DNA of 64,000 bases from a virus, in the IMG/VR virus record IMGVR_UViG_3300034068_000566, positions 1 to 64,000 of that record, one strand, 5' to 3'. Both the position numbers and the translations under genes were made by a program. The notes under the pieces are model-generated. The model saw only the letters and a program-made list of their open reading frames with translations, ran no database searches and was not told the origin of the DNA. The number at the start of each line of letters is the position of its first letter. Within the stretch, counting starts at the first letter, position 1. Of this stretch, positions 40,513 through 51,308 are shown one piece after another.

Positions 40513-41267
40513 ACCTAGAGAATAAAGTTAGGCTAACAAAAGACATAGTTGTTTATAAAAATTTTATAAGCAAAGAGGATTGTCAAAAGATGATTCAAGC
40601 ATTAGATGCTCAGGCAGATAATGGTGCACTCTCTTGGATGCCTATTTCATTTTATGAATCATACTCTTCTGTCCTTCCACAAGACAATGATCAAGAGTTG
40701 CTTGATGCTGAACTATCTCCAACTATTTTTTCAGACATTGAAAAAACAATGCCAGAGGCAATTGCTTCAGTTCATGACTTAGATCCAAAGACAATTTCTA
40801 AGATTGGATACCATACACAAAAGTGGGAGCCAGGAGCATACGCAAGAATTCACTCTGATAATACAGATGCTCAAGGAAATTCAGGAGCATTTACAAGAAG
40901 TCGTTATGCAGGGTTCCTATATCTAAACGATGACTTTGAAGGGGGACTGCTTAAGTTTCCAAGTCATAACATAGAGATTAAACCAGAAGTTGGAATGCTT
41001 GCTGTTTTTGACGGGGGATTTAGCAACATGCACGAAGTCTCCCTAATAGAAAGTGGAGTAAGATATACCATTGGATCTTTTTGGGATGACAGAGAAGAAG
41101 ATGCTTACCCACAAGAATTAAGAGATGCCTGGGCTGCAGAAATGAAAGAGACTAGAGCAAAACAAGAAATTGAAAGAGCCGAATGGCAAGATCTTTTAAA
41201 AGAAGGATGGAAGTTGGATGCTGCTGGAAATAAATATAAGGTAGAAGATTTAGGGAATAATGTCTAA
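40509..41267 (+). CDS. 2OG-Fe(II) oxygenase
   Basis: HSD...YLNDDFEGG.L.F...HEV...RY. Confidence 0.9.
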   Translation: MNLENKVRLTKDIVVYKNFISKEDCQKMIQALDAQADNGALSWMPISFYESYSSVLPQDNDQELLDAELSPTIFSDIEKTMPEAIASVHDLDPKTISKIGYHTQKWEPGAYARIHSDNTDAQGNSGAFTRSRYAGFLYLNDDFEGGLLKFPSHNIEIKPEVGMLAVFDGGFSNMHEVSLIESGVRYTIGSFWDDREEDAYPQELRDAWAAEMKETRAKQEIERAEWQDLLKEGWKLDAAGNKYKVEDLGNNV

Positions 41268-41919
41268 TTTTCTAACAAGCATACTAAAAGAAAATAATTT
41301 TCAGGTTGAAGAAGTTACTGATGATATTGTTTTAGTTAAAGATTTTTTTTCTAAAGATGATCTAGATCAAGTTTTTAATATTATAGACTCAACTCCAAAT
41401 GAAGAGTGGTTTATAGAATATCATGCTAACTTAAAAAACTTTTGTATGCAAAAATTTGGCAGAGATGATGTTGATAATTTAGTTGCAGAAGGTAAATTTG
41501 AAATAACTCAAAACTGGCAAGATAAAAATTTAAATATAGGACAACACCCATTTCAAAAAACCTTGTTCGATAGACTAAATAATTTAGTTCAAAATGTTGA
41601 CAACACAATAGAGTTAAGTGGTTTTGCAACTATTCAAAGGATGCAAGAGGGTGTCGAGTTAAAAGCTCACACAGATCAAGATACAGATCCATCGATTAGG
41701 TACGCTGCCATTCTGTATTTAAATAATGATTATGTTGACGGAGAGTTGTTTTTTCCAAACAATGGCTTAGAGTTTAAGCCTGATCCTGGGTCAATGCTTA
41801 TTTTTCCAGGCACAGCAGAATATAATCATGGAGTAAAGCATGTAGGTCCAGGACCAATTAGATATGTTTTGGTTGGATTTATTAAGGTTAAAAATTTTTA
41901 TGATAACAATAAATACTAA
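41260..41919 (+). CDS. 2OG-Fe(II) oxygenase
   Basis: HTD...YLN.DY..GEL.F...HGV...RY. Confidence 0.9.
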   Translation: MSNFLTSILKENNFQVEEVTDDIVLVKDFFSKDDLDQVFNIIDSTPNEEWFIEYHANLKNFCMQKFGRDDVDNLVAEGKFEITQNWQDKNLNIGQHPFQKTLFDRLNNLVQNVDNTIELSGFATIQRMQEGVELKAHTDQDTDPSIRYAAILYLNNDYVDGELFFPNNGLEFKPDPGSMLIFPGTAEYNHGVKHVGPGPIRYVLVGFIKVKNFYDNNKY

Positions 41920-41930
41920 AGGAGAAATAA

Positions 41931-42662
41931 ATGAATAAAGAACTACTAGACCCAAAGGTATACTATTATACTGACGCAATTGAAAATTTTGACAAATTTA
42001 AACAAGTTTGGAAAGAGTTAGACACTCTTGAGCAATATGATGAGTTAGGGGTAAATGTTTGGAACCCTTGGACATCTTCTAACGATAAAACTTTTATCTA
42101 CGGAGAAACAAAAACTTTTGATGCTAATGCAATAAGCAATCTTAGTGGAGATGTAGCAGAAAAAAGTAAATATATTTATGATGCCGTTATGACTACAATG
42201 TATAATGTTTGTAAAGACTATGCATCCTCTATGGGAGACTTTGATGAGCCAAGACTTTTTCCAACATTTAACATAAAAAAGTACAATACTGGAATGGCTA
42301 TGGGGGCGCACTTTGATCAACTCGATGGCGATAAGACATTGAGATATTCTTTGGTAATGTATTTAAACGATGACTGTGAAGGCGGAGAAATTTCTTTTCA
42401 GTTAAAGGACTATGATGGTGGATGGACTAGCTCAGAAGGTTGGGTAAGTGGCGCACCAGCAGTAGAGTTAGACTATGATCTTGCAGTTGCAAACAAAGCT
42501 ATTAGTTTTGGTGTAAAACCTAAAGAAAATAGCGTTGTAATATTTCCAGCATATGCTCCATATTTTCACACGGCACACACAGTTAAGTCTGGCGTAAAGT
42601 ATATGATTCCTGGACATTGGATCCATAACAATATGGAGCTTAATCAAAGCCAGAGCATGTAA
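41931..42662 (+). CDS. 2OG-Fe(II) oxygenase
   Basis: HFD...YLNDDCEGGEI.F...H.A...KY. Confidence 0.9.
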   Translation: MNKELLDPKVYYYTDAIENFDKFKQVWKELDTLEQYDELGVNVWNPWTSSNDKTFIYGETKTFDANAISNLSGDVAEKSKYIYDAVMTTMYNVCKDYASSMGDFDEPRLFPTFNIKKYNTGMAMGAHFDQLDGDKTLRYSLVMYLNDDCEGGEISFQLKDYDGGWTSSEGWVSGAPAVELDYDLAVANKAISFGVKPKENSVVIFPAYAPYFHTAHTVKSGVKYMIPGHWIHNNMELNQSQSM

Positions 42663-43331
42663 TTGAAAACAGCAATTGTAACTGGAGCAAGTAAGGGTGT
42701 TGGATTAGCAACAGTTAAGCGCTTGTCTGAAAATGGGTATAAAGTAATTGCTGTTTCAAGAAACCTTTCAAAAGTCTCTGAACTAATATCTGATAATGTT
42801 GAGGTATATAATCTAGACATTACAGACTCTAAAGCAATAGAAGTGTTCTTTGAAAAATACAAAGACATTACTTTAGACCTTTTAGTTAATAATGCTGGAG
42901 GAGGGTCAGGCCCAACTCATATTATTAATGAGACTCCAGAAAACTTTAGAAAAGCTTATGATATAAATGTAACTGGCCCTATGTACCTATCTCAACTATT
43001 TGCTCCATGTATGGAAAAGTCAGAGTCTCCAACAATTATCTTTATTACTTCTTTTGGAGGAAAGGTACCATATCGTGGTGGAGGAAACTATACAAATGCG
43101 AAGAGAGGTGAACGTGGTCTTATTGATACAATGAGACTTGAGTTTCCTCAATTTGGGATTAAGATTACAGAAATCTGTCCAGCAACTATTGATACCCAAG
43201 AACAAAAACGGGATCAAGCATTAACCGCAGAAGATTTAGCAGAAGCAATTTACTGGGTAGGATCATTACCAAGTCATGTTAATATAAATGAAATTGAAAT
43301 CTGTCATATTCACAGCAGCAAGTATGGTTAA
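42663..43331 (+). CDS. Short-chain dehydrogenase/reductase
   Basis: TGASKGVG, NNAG and YTNAK (YxxxK). Confidence 0.9.
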   Translation: MKTAIVTGASKGVGLATVKRLSENGYKVIAVSRNLSKVSELISDNVEVYNLDITDSKAIEVFFEKYKDITLDLLVNNAGGGSGPTHIINETPENFRKAYDINVTGPMYLSQLFAPCMEKSESPTIIFITSFGGKVPYRGGGNYTNAKRGERGLIDTMRLEFPQFGIKITEICPATIDTQEQKRDQALTAEDLAEAIYWVGSLPSHVNINEIEICHIHSSKYG

Positions 43332-43493
43332 CTATTTCTTTATAACACTTTTGTTATATAAAAGTGCTAACCATAAACAATAACTTTATAGATTGAAATC
43401 AAGCGTAGAATTGTTTTAAATTACCTGCTATACTTAGGAGTACTTTCAATTCTACAAAGTACTAATACAATAATAGAAAGGTGGCATACTTAA

Positions 43494-45479
43494 ATGTCAG
43501 ATGTTTTTTCATTTCGTTTATCAGAGGATTTTGTAACAAAATATAGTAATACTCCAGCACCGTTTGGATTTGCAGATGCGGGGGAAAACTCTTTAGGAGA
43601 AATTACTTTTATTCGTACCTATTCTCGTGTAAAAGAAGACGGAACAAAAGAACGTTGGCACGAAGTTTGTCGTCGTGTTATTGAAGGCATGTATTCAGTT
43701 CAAAAAAATCATGCTAAAGATAATCGTCTAGGCTGGAATGACAATAAAGCTCAGAAGTCTGCACAAGAAGCATTCCAAAGAATGTTTGAATTAAAGTGGA
43801 CCCCTCCAGGTCGTGGTATGTGGACATTTGGAACAGCCATGACTATGGAAAAGAAAAACTCAGCAGCGCTACAAAACTGTGCAATGGTTTCTACAAAAGA
43901 CCTTGACAAGAATGATCCAGGGGCTTTGTTTGCTTGGGTTATGGATGCCTTAATGCTTGGTATTGGTGTAGGGTTTGACACAATAGGACAAGAGAAGAAT
44001 TTTTCTATTTATGCTCCAACAGAACCAGCAGTTATCTTTGAAATTCCAGATACTCGTGAGGGCTGGGTAGAATCAGTACGTATACTATTAAACTCTTACC
44101 TAAGATCAAATCAACCTATCCAAAAGTTTAATTATGACCTTATCAGACCTCTAGGAGCACCAATTAAGGGCTTTGGAGGGGTCGCTAGCGGTCCAGCACC
44201 ACTCATTGCATTACACGATAAGATCAATCATGTCATAGGCTCTAGAGCAGGGGAAATCCTAGATTCTCGTGCTATTACAGACATCGTCAACCTTATTGGA
44301 ACATGTGTTGTTTCAGGAAATGTCCGTCGTTCTGCAACCTTAGCTTTAGGTGCTCCAGGAGATGAAGATTTTATTAATTTAAAAAACCCAGAAGTATTCC
44401 CAGAACGTAACTCCTATGATTCAGATAATCCAGGATGGGCATGGATGTCTAATAATTCTATTGCAGCAACAGTTGGAATGGATTATGAAAAATATACAGA
44501 TTTAATTGTAAACAATGGAGAGCCAGGTTTTATTTGGCTTGATGTTGCTCGTAACTATGGTCGTCTTGCAGATCCAGCGGATGGAAAAGACTATCGTGTT
44601 ATGGGCTTTAATCCTTGTGCGGAGCAGCCATTAGAATCATACGAACTTTGTACACTTGTAGAAGTGCACTTAAACCGTCATGATTCCAAGACTGTAACTC
44701 TTCTTCCAACACATTGGCAGCAAACAAACGGTATTATGCAACGCAACCGTCGTATTGGTACATCTCTTACTGGTATTGCATCATTTGCAGATCAAAATGG
44801 ATTACCAATTGTTCGTGAATGGATGGACGAAGGTTATAACAAGATACGTTATTATGATAAAAAATATTCAGAGTGGTTGTGTGTTCGTGAATCAATTCGT
44901 GTAACAACTGTTAAGCCATCTGGATCAGTTTCAATTCTTTCTGGTGCAACCCCTGGGGTTCACTGGGGACCTGGAGGAAACTTCTTCCTTCGTGCTATTC
45001 GTTTTGGAAACACAGATCCAATGCTTCATTTGTTTAAAGCAGCAGGGTATAAAATTGAAGACGATCTAGTATCAGCAAACACATCAGTAGTTTATTTCCC
45101 AGTTAAATCAGGTCATCCAAGATCTGAAAAGGATGTAACCCTGTTTGAAAAGATAAACCTTGCTGCAACAGCTCAAAAGTATTGGTCTGACAATGGAGTA
45201 TCTGTAACTCTATCCTTTGATAAGGAGACAGAGTCAAAGCATGTTCCAACAGTTTTGCATATGTACGAGGGACAACTAAAGGCAGTATCATTCCTTCCAA
45301 TGGGAAATCATACTTATCCACAACAGCCATATACTCAGATCACAGAAGAAGAATATGATTACTATGTTGGTCGTATCGGTCATATTGATTTCTCTGCTAT
45401 TTATGACGGGGTAGATAATCTTGAGGCACTTGGCGAAAGCTATTGCACTACAGACTACTGTGAGATTAAAATTAAATAG
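43494..45479 (+). CDS. nrdJ: Class II (adenosylcobalamin) ribonucleoside-triphosphate reductase
   Basis: F.RTYSR, PPGRG.W, LQNC, NPCAEQPL..ELC.L, TTVKPSG and C-terminal CTTDYC. Confidence 0.9.
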   Translation: MSDVFSFRLSEDFVTKYSNTPAPFGFADAGENSLGEITFIRTYSRVKEDGTKERWHEVCRRVIEGMYSVQKNHAKDNRLGWNDNKAQKSAQEAFQRMFELKWTPPGRGMWTFGTAMTMEKKNSAALQNCAMVSTKDLDKNDPGALFAWVMDALMLGIGVGFDTIGQEKNFSIYAPTEPAVIFEIPDTREGWVESVRILLNSYLRSNQPIQKFNYDLIRPLGAPIKGFGGVASGPAPLIALHDKINHVIGSRAGEILDSRAITDIVNLIGTCVVSGNVRRSATLALGAPGDEDFINLKNPEVFPERNSYDSDNPGWAWMSNNSIAATVGMDYEKYTDLIVNNGEPGFIWLDVARNYGRLADPADGKDYRVMGFNPCAEQPLESYELCTLVEVHLNRHDSKTVTLLPTHWQQTNGIMQRNRRIGTSLTGIASFADQNGLPIVREWMDEGYNKIRYYDKKYSEWLCVRESIRVTTVKPSGSVSILSGATPGVHWGPGGNFFLRAIRFGNTDPMLHLFKAAGYKIEDDLVSANTSVVYFPVKSGHPRSEKDVTLFEKINLAATAQKYWSDNGVSVTLSFDKETESKHVPTVLHMYEGQLKAVSFLPMGNHTYPQQPYTQITEEEYDYYVGRIGHIDFSAIYDGVDNLEALGESYCTTDYCEIKIK

Positions 45480-45510
45480 GTCTTCTGTGGTAAAATAGGT
45501 TAGGAGAACT

Positions 45511-48500
45511 ATGACTAACCCATCTAACTTATATGCTGAAAAGATTTTTGCGGAACATCCATTGGCTTTGTGGGCACTGGATGATAAGGTTGACTATATA
45601 TCTTTAATCACTGAGTCTCAAAGAAATCTATCAAACTGGACAATAACTAATGGGTCTTCAGAGTCATTCACCTTTGATTATCCAGTGTTTGATCAGCCCT
45701 TTCCAGAAAGTTATATTGGTTTATTTTCTGCCGATGTACCCTCTAACCCTATAGAGCAAATAGTTGCAATAAGCGATGACATCTTAAACTTTAACGACTT
45801 CAGCTCTGAACTGTCAACATTTTCTGTAGGAGCTTGCTTATATTCTTTAAGTCCATATATTAATAGCGTTGAAATTGGATATGAGTATTACGATACAACA
45901 ACCTCTTCTACTGTACAACACTTAAAAAGTTTTGACATATCGTTAACAGATCAGTGGTTTTTTATTTCTGAAACCTTTGGTATTCTTCCAGAAAGCGCAA
46001 CAGTTAGAATTGTTGTTAAAATAAACTATTTGTCTGGATCGTTATCTGCAGAAGACTACTTGTTTTTAATTAATGGAATTTCTTTGGGTCAATGGAGTGA
46101 AGAGTTTCAGTCGTATTCTTTAGGAATCAACCCTCAAACCTTGCCTGCTGGAATTTTTTCATCTACAACAAAAGGAATTAAAGCATATTCTTATGGATTA
46201 GAAGAAGAGTTTGGATACTACTTAACTGAGAATGAAACACTTTTATCTAAAAATTCAGGACTGCCAATTGTTTATGGATCTTCTAATGTTACGGCCTTAT
46301 CGCCAAGTTCTAATGGTATGCCATCTTTAATAATTCCAGGCAAAGGCTTTTTAAATAAAATTGGTCAATACAAAGACTATACTTTTGAGATGTGGTTAAA
46401 AGTAGCCGTAGACTCTACAGAACCTAAAAAAATATTTGGAAATCTTAGGGGAGACAACGGTCTATGGGTTGATGGTTCTTTCCTTATCCTTAAAATAGGA
46501 TCAAGTCTTGGGTCTTATTTTGTTGGCGAGTGGGACAGGCCCATGCTAATCCACATAACTGTTTCAGAGAATAACTCTTCTTTATTGGTTAATGGAGAAG
46601 AAGTAATCTCTCTAACTTATCTAAGCACAGATCTAGAATTTCCAGAAATTTATTCCGACACCCTAAGTAATGACTGGCTTGGCTTTTGGTCTTATGACGA
46701 CGTCTATCCTTTTCAAATTGATTGTGTTGCAATTTATCCTTACAGAGTTTCTTCTATTGTTGCAACAAGAAGGTTTGTATATGGACAAGGAGTTGAGTTT
46801 CCAGAAGGGATAAATCAGTCTTATAGCGGAACGTCTGTTTTTATTGACTATCCTTTTGCAGACTATACAAACAACTACTCTTATCCTAATATGGCTAGTT
46901 GGAATCAAGGATCTGTTGATAACCTTACAACTAATAATGGAATTTTATCAACCCCAGAATACTTCCTGCCAGACATTGTTGTAAGTAATAAGACTGATCA
47001 AGATTTTTATTCAGATAATGCGTCTAGTCAAAATGAATCTGACCTATTCTTTTCTTTATATCCTGGAGGTCTAGATTCTTGGGACTACTCAGAAGGATAT
47101 CTTTTATTTAATAATTTAAGTTTTTTACAAGAAGAAATTAAATGTTTCTATGGAATATTTAAATCTAAGTCTCCAGCAATTAATGAAATTCTTATTTACA
47201 TTGACTCAGCAGACTCAAATGACTATTTTGAAATTTCTTTAAATGGCAGTGTAATTTCTTATAAGTTGAATTATAATGGAATCTTAGAAACAGTATATCA
47301 ATCGTATGGATATTCAACGGGAGAAACATTTGTTTCTGGAATTCATATAGACTCCTTTGTAAGTCATTTTGGTGGAAACGTAGCCTCATTTTTTGGTAAT
47401 CGTGGGAGTTTAAGACCTTATGTCGGTGGCAAAAAAGAACTAGAGAATACTTTTAAAGGAAATATCTATAATGTAGGATTCTCTAATAATAAAAACTATC
47501 AGCAAATTAAAGATTTTTTTAACGACATTGGCGTTCCAGTAAACTATGAGAATGTTTTTAATTTATACGGTAGCCTTGTAGACTATGATGCTGGAGAAAC
47601 TTACTTTGGCAATCAGGCGTCTTATTGGCAGTTTTTATTAAACGGAGGGACTCCTTCAGGGTTTTCAACTTATATGCTTATTAACCATACAGCAAGCTAC
47701 ACCCTGTCTCCAGTATTATACTTTGGCGAATATAGTTTAGATATTGATATTAATGGTTCCTGGAAAGACTATCTTCCACTTTCTTATTTTGCTCAATACG
47801 TAAAGAATGCAAAAGACGATTTTTATTACGATTTAGATTTTTTGCAATTTAATATTAACTACCCAGAACCTTCAAAGTTTGTTGAAGATCAATCTTCTGG
47901 CACTTGGACATATCAAGAACTTAAAGAGCAATACGCAATTCCTGTACAAAGAACATATGAGTCACTAGATAATCAACTTTATACAGGGTACAACGATTAT
48001 TCAGATTTGCAAAACAAGTCAATAAAAAACTATAAGTATGACACCTCTACATCAATGGTAAAGACCCATATATCATTTGAGTACTTATCTTCTGGAGCCA
48101 ATGCAATAGATGAATTTTTTACCTATGCTGAGCTAGCTCCTAAAGAAGGAGTTATTGAACCAGGGACCAATTGGATAAACACAAAGTATGAAGTAGTTAA
48201 TAATACAATCTTGTATCCTCCAAAAACTTCAGACATTTTAGATATTGCTGTAGTAACGCATGTTGACTTTACTGTTAAATCCTCTTTAAAGAAAAGGGTT
48301 AATATTAAAAGTTTACAACTTTGCTCTCAAGCCTTTAATGATGTTTCTCCAAATCCTATTGGTACAAGATTTGGAACTTCTATTTATCCATACAAAAAGA
48401 CAGGGATTTACTATGACTATAAAAGTCCAAACCCTTTTACCATATACAAAGGAAGCTCTCCATATTTATACACAACAAGGCATAGCGGTATAGAGTTAAA

Positions 48501-49224
48501 AGGAACTTATGACCCAATAGTTAATCGTGGAGTATCAATTCCAATAAATCAAAACGCAGTAAGCTCGTTTAAGGTTATTGCAATTCAGGCAGCAATTAGA
48601 TATACTCAAGACTTTTTCCCTTTTGCAGCAACAGAAATATTTGAGATTGAGTCACGGGATAAGGTAATTAAAATTTATATGGTCGCCAATGATCCACAGG
48701 GTAGAAGAGCAAAACTCTATGCTGTTGATTCCTACAGTGGACAGATTTCAAATGATATTGGATTTTACTGGAATGGTAAGGTTGTTAAAGAGCCTATAAT
48801 TACCACCAAGGATTGGGGCTTCTTAGGTCTTTCATTTATTAATGCTCTTAATTTTTCAAATATTGTGGGATCAATTAAAATAACTGGACCAATTTTAACT
48901 AATACTATTTCTTATTATCAATCAACAAATTTACAAGAAAAGCAAAAGGTAGTAAATAGGCCATGGTTTAAAGTCAAGACAGATATATCTACTGAGCTTG
49001 ACTGGAATTACTGGGATTCACCAAGCGTAACTTGGAATAATGTTTTGATTCTTGCCTCTAGCAGTTATTATGGGGTAGATCCATCAATTATTTATAAGAT
49101 TTACACAGGAACCAACAAGATCATTGTGGGAGACGGTCCAGATAAGATTTTAAAGTTTGGGTCTTACCAATATCTATTCTATCAAGATGTTTTATGGACA
49201 AGCAACACAGAGAATGCTATCTAA
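45511..49224 (+). CDS. Large virion structural protein with LamG-like domain(s)
   Basis: HPLALWALDD, YTFEMW, IDCVAIY; lies before the portal. Confidence 0.6.
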   Translation: MTNPSNLYAEKIFAEHPLALWALDDKVDYISLITESQRNLSNWTITNGSSESFTFDYPVFDQPFPESYIGLFSADVPSNPIEQIVAISDDILNFNDFSSELSTFSVGACLYSLSPYINSVEIGYEYYDTTTSSTVQHLKSFDISLTDQWFFISETFGILPESATVRIVVKINYLSGSLSAEDYLFLINGISLGQWSEEFQSYSLGINPQTLPAGIFSSTTKGIKAYSYGLEEEFGYYLTENETLLSKNSGLPIVYGSSNVTALSPSSNGMPSLIIPGKGFLNKIGQYKDYTFEMWLKVAVDSTEPKKIFGNLRGDNGLWVDGSFLILKIGSSLGSYFVGEWDRPMLIHITVSENNSSLLVNGEEVISLTYLSTDLEFPEIYSDTLSNDWLGFWSYDDVYPFQIDCVAIYPYRVSSIVATRRFVYGQGVEFPEGINQSYSGTSVFIDYPFADYTNNYSYPNMASWNQGSVDNLTTNNGILSTPEYFLPDIVVSNKTDQDFYSDNASSQNESDLFFSLYPGGLDSWDYSEGYLLFNNLSFLQEEIKCFYGIFKSKSPAINEILIYIDSADSNDYFEISLNGSVISYKLNYNGILETVYQSYGYSTGETFVSGIHIDSFVSHFGGNVASFFGNRGSLRPYVGGKKELENTFKGNIYNVGFSNNKNYQQIKDFFNDIGVPVNYENVFNLYGSLVDYDAGETYFGNQASYWQFLLNGGTPSGFSTYMLINHTASYTLSPVLYFGEYSLDIDINGSWKDYLPLSYFAQYVKNAKDDFYYDLDFLQFNINYPEPSKFVEDQSSGTWTYQELKEQYAIPVQRTYESLDNQLYTGYNDYSDLQNKSIKNYKYDTSTSMVKTHISFEYLSSGANAIDEFFTYAELAPKEGVIEPGTNWINTKYEVVNNTILYPPKTSDILDIAVVTHVDFTVKSSLKKRVNIKSLQLCSQAFNDVSPNPIGTRFGTSIYPYKKTGIYYDYKSPNPFTIYKGSSPYLYTTRHSGIELKGTYDPIVNRGVSIPINQNAVSSFKVIAIQAAIRYTQDFFPFAATEIFEIESRDKVIKIYMVANDPQGRRAKLYAVDSYSGQISNDIGFYWNGKVVKEPIITTKDWGFLGLSFINALNFSNIVGSIKITGPILTNTISYYQSTNLQEKQKVVNRPWFKVKTDISTELDWNYWDSPSVTWNNVLILASSSYYGVDPSIIYKIYTGTNKIIVGDGPDKILKFGSYQYLFYQDVLWTSNTENAI

Positions 49225-49236
49225 TATGGTATACTT

Positions 49237-49647
49237 ATGGTTATGAATATTGAAAATCAAAAGAAAAAGCGTAAACCAGCCCCTAAGATGAAGGGACAAG
49301 TTGGTGAGTCCAAGGTAAAAGTTATTGAAAAGCATTACGATTGGGGCTTGTATGTCTACAAAAAGGCTAGCGGTAAATGGTTTACAGACGGAAATGGCTC
49401 AGTTCTAAACATCCCCTCAATGAAGGGTGACCTTTCTAAAATTTCTGAACTCAAAACAGCAGCAAAGCATTATGGTGATGAAGGAGATGGAACGTGTGTA
49501 TTTGTTCCAGGACTTACTAGAATTTCAGAAGAAGAGTATTCTGAGCAAAAGCAAAGAATGTCAGAAGGCTTAATTCCTTCTTTAAACGATCTTGGTGCAG
49601 TCCAGGCAGCAAAAGATACAATTGCAAAATATGGAAGTGATGACTAA
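49237..49647 (+). CDS. Hypothetical protein upstream of the portal
   Basis: Coupled to the portal gene; likely leaderless start at 49243. Confidence 0.55.
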   Translation: MVMNIENQKKKRKPAPKMKGQVGESKVKVIEKHYDWGLYVYKKASGKWFTDGNGSVLNIPSMKGDLSKISELKTAAKHYGDEGDGTCVFVPGLTRISEEEYSEQKQRMSEGLIPSLNDLGAVQAAKDTIAKYGSDD

Positions 49648-51263
49648 TGTCAGATACAAACGATTATGTGATTGGTGCAAGAATTGATAAGGCAATTGCA
49701 GCCGACGACACATTTGAAAAACAAGATCCATTTAATAAATCTTGGGATGATTTAAAAAACCTTAGCGGTTTAGATAATAACTTTAAACGTCGAAGCTCTC
49801 GTGTAGTCAAATCATTAGAGACAGATTTATCTAAAGTTGACGCATCACAAGGATATATTGATGCAGCTCGTGCTGTTAGCTCTGGTATTAACGGGGCACA
49901 ATCAAAAGAGATAAATCCTGGATTAATTTATCGCAATGGATACGGACTATTTGATGTAATTACTCCACCTTGGAATATGTATGAGCTTGCTAATTTTTAT
50001 GATACTTCATTTGCCAATCATGCTGCTATAGACGCAAAGGTAGAAAATATAGTTGGTCTAGGATATGACTTTGAAGTATCCCCAAGAACAATGTTAAAGC
50101 TTGAGTCTTCTTCAGATGCAGCCTCAATAGATCGTGCAAGAAAACGAATTGAAAGAGCAAAGATTGAAGTTAGAGACTGGTTAGAAAGTCTAAATAGCGA
50201 TGACTCTTTTACAACATCTATGGAAAAGGTTGAGACAGATCTACAAGCAACGGGTAATGGTTACCTTGAAGTCGGCAGAACCGTAAAAGGAGAAATTGGC
50301 TACATTGGTCACATTCCTTCTACAACGGTTCGAGTTCGCAGACTGCGTGATGGTTTTGTTCAGGTAATTGCAAACAAGGTTGTCTACTTCCGTAACTTTG
50401 GAGCAACAAATCCAAACCCATTAGGCACTGACGCTAGACCAAATGAGATTATTCACTTTAAACAATACTCACCGCTAAACACTTTTTATGGTGTTCCAGA
50501 TATTATTTCGGCTATCAATTCTTTATATGGTGATAGCCTTGCTTCTCAATACAACATTGACTACTTCCAAAACAAAGCTGTTCCAAGATATGTCGTGACT
50601 CTAAAAGGTGCAAAGCTTTCCTCAGATGCAGAAGACAAAATGTTTAGATTCCTTCAAACTGGGCTTAAGGGTCAATCACATAGAACCCTTTACATTCCAC
50701 TTCCAGGAGATTCAGAAACCAACAAGGTTGAGTTCAAAATGGAGCCAATTGAAAACGGCGTTCAAGAAGGATCATTTGAAAAGTATCGCAAACAAAACCG
50801 TGATGATATTCTAATAGCTCATCAAGTTCCTTTGTCTAAGTTAGGTGGCAGCGACGCCTCTGGCATTGCAGCAGCACTTTCTCAAGACAGAACATTTAAA
50901 GAGCAGGTAGCAAGACCAGCACAAGATAAATTAAACAAAATGATTAGCAAGATTATTCGTGAAAAAACAGACATCCTAGACTTTAAGTTTAACGAGCTTA
51001 CTCTAACTGATGAGATCACACAGTCTCAAATTCTTGAGAGATATGTTAAGACTCAAATTATGGTTCCAAATGAAGCTCGTACAATTTTGGGTATGCCACA
51101 AAGAGATGGTGGAGACGAACCTTTAGAGATGAAGCCAGAACAAGCAGCAGATGCTACTGCCAATAGAGCAAGAGATTCACAAAGAACCAACAATAATTCT
51201 GACAGCCCGTCAACTGTTGCTGGAAGAAACCCAAAAGGCGAAGGCCGTAAATTTGATGAATAA
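49647..51263 (+). CDS. Portal protein (PBSX-like)
   Basis: GNGYLEV.R, EIIHFK.Y.P....YGVP, YF.N.A.P, AHQVP, PNEAR. Confidence 0.9.
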   Translation: MSDTNDYVIGARIDKAIAADDTFEKQDPFNKSWDDLKNLSGLDNNFKRRSSRVVKSLETDLSKVDASQGYIDAARAVSSGINGAQSKEINPGLIYRNGYGLFDVITPPWNMYELANFYDTSFANHAAIDAKVENIVGLGYDFEVSPRTMLKLESSSDAASIDRARKRIERAKIEVRDWLESLNSDDSFTTSMEKVETDLQATGNGYLEVGRTVKGEIGYIGHIPSTTVRVRRLRDGFVQVIANKVVYFRNFGATNPNPLGTDARPNEIIHFKQYSPLNTFYGVPDIISAINSLYGDSLASQYNIDYFQNKAVPRYVVTLKGAKLSSDAEDKMFRFLQTGLKGQSHRTLYIPLPGDSETNKVEFKMEPIENGVQEGSFEKYRKQNRDDILIAHQVPLSKLGGSDASGIAAALSQDRTFKEQVARPAQDKLNKMISKIIREKTDILDFKFNELTLTDEITQSQILERYVKTQIMVPNEARTILGMPQRDGGDEPLEMKPEQAADATANRARDSQRTNNNSDSPSTVAGRNPKGEGRKFDE

Positions 51264-51308
51264 GCATGGTTTTTAAATAAACGAATAAAAAGGGATTATA
51301 ATATAATA

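Noticed and set aside
43332-43493. Cobalamin riboswitch or NrdR boxes upstream of nrdJ
   Set aside because: The spacer is short and AT-rich, with no recognisable B12-box or NrdR consensus
45511-49647. Terminase expected upstream of the portal
   Set aside because: No Walker A/B or RNase H motifs were seen; the terminase must lie outside this window
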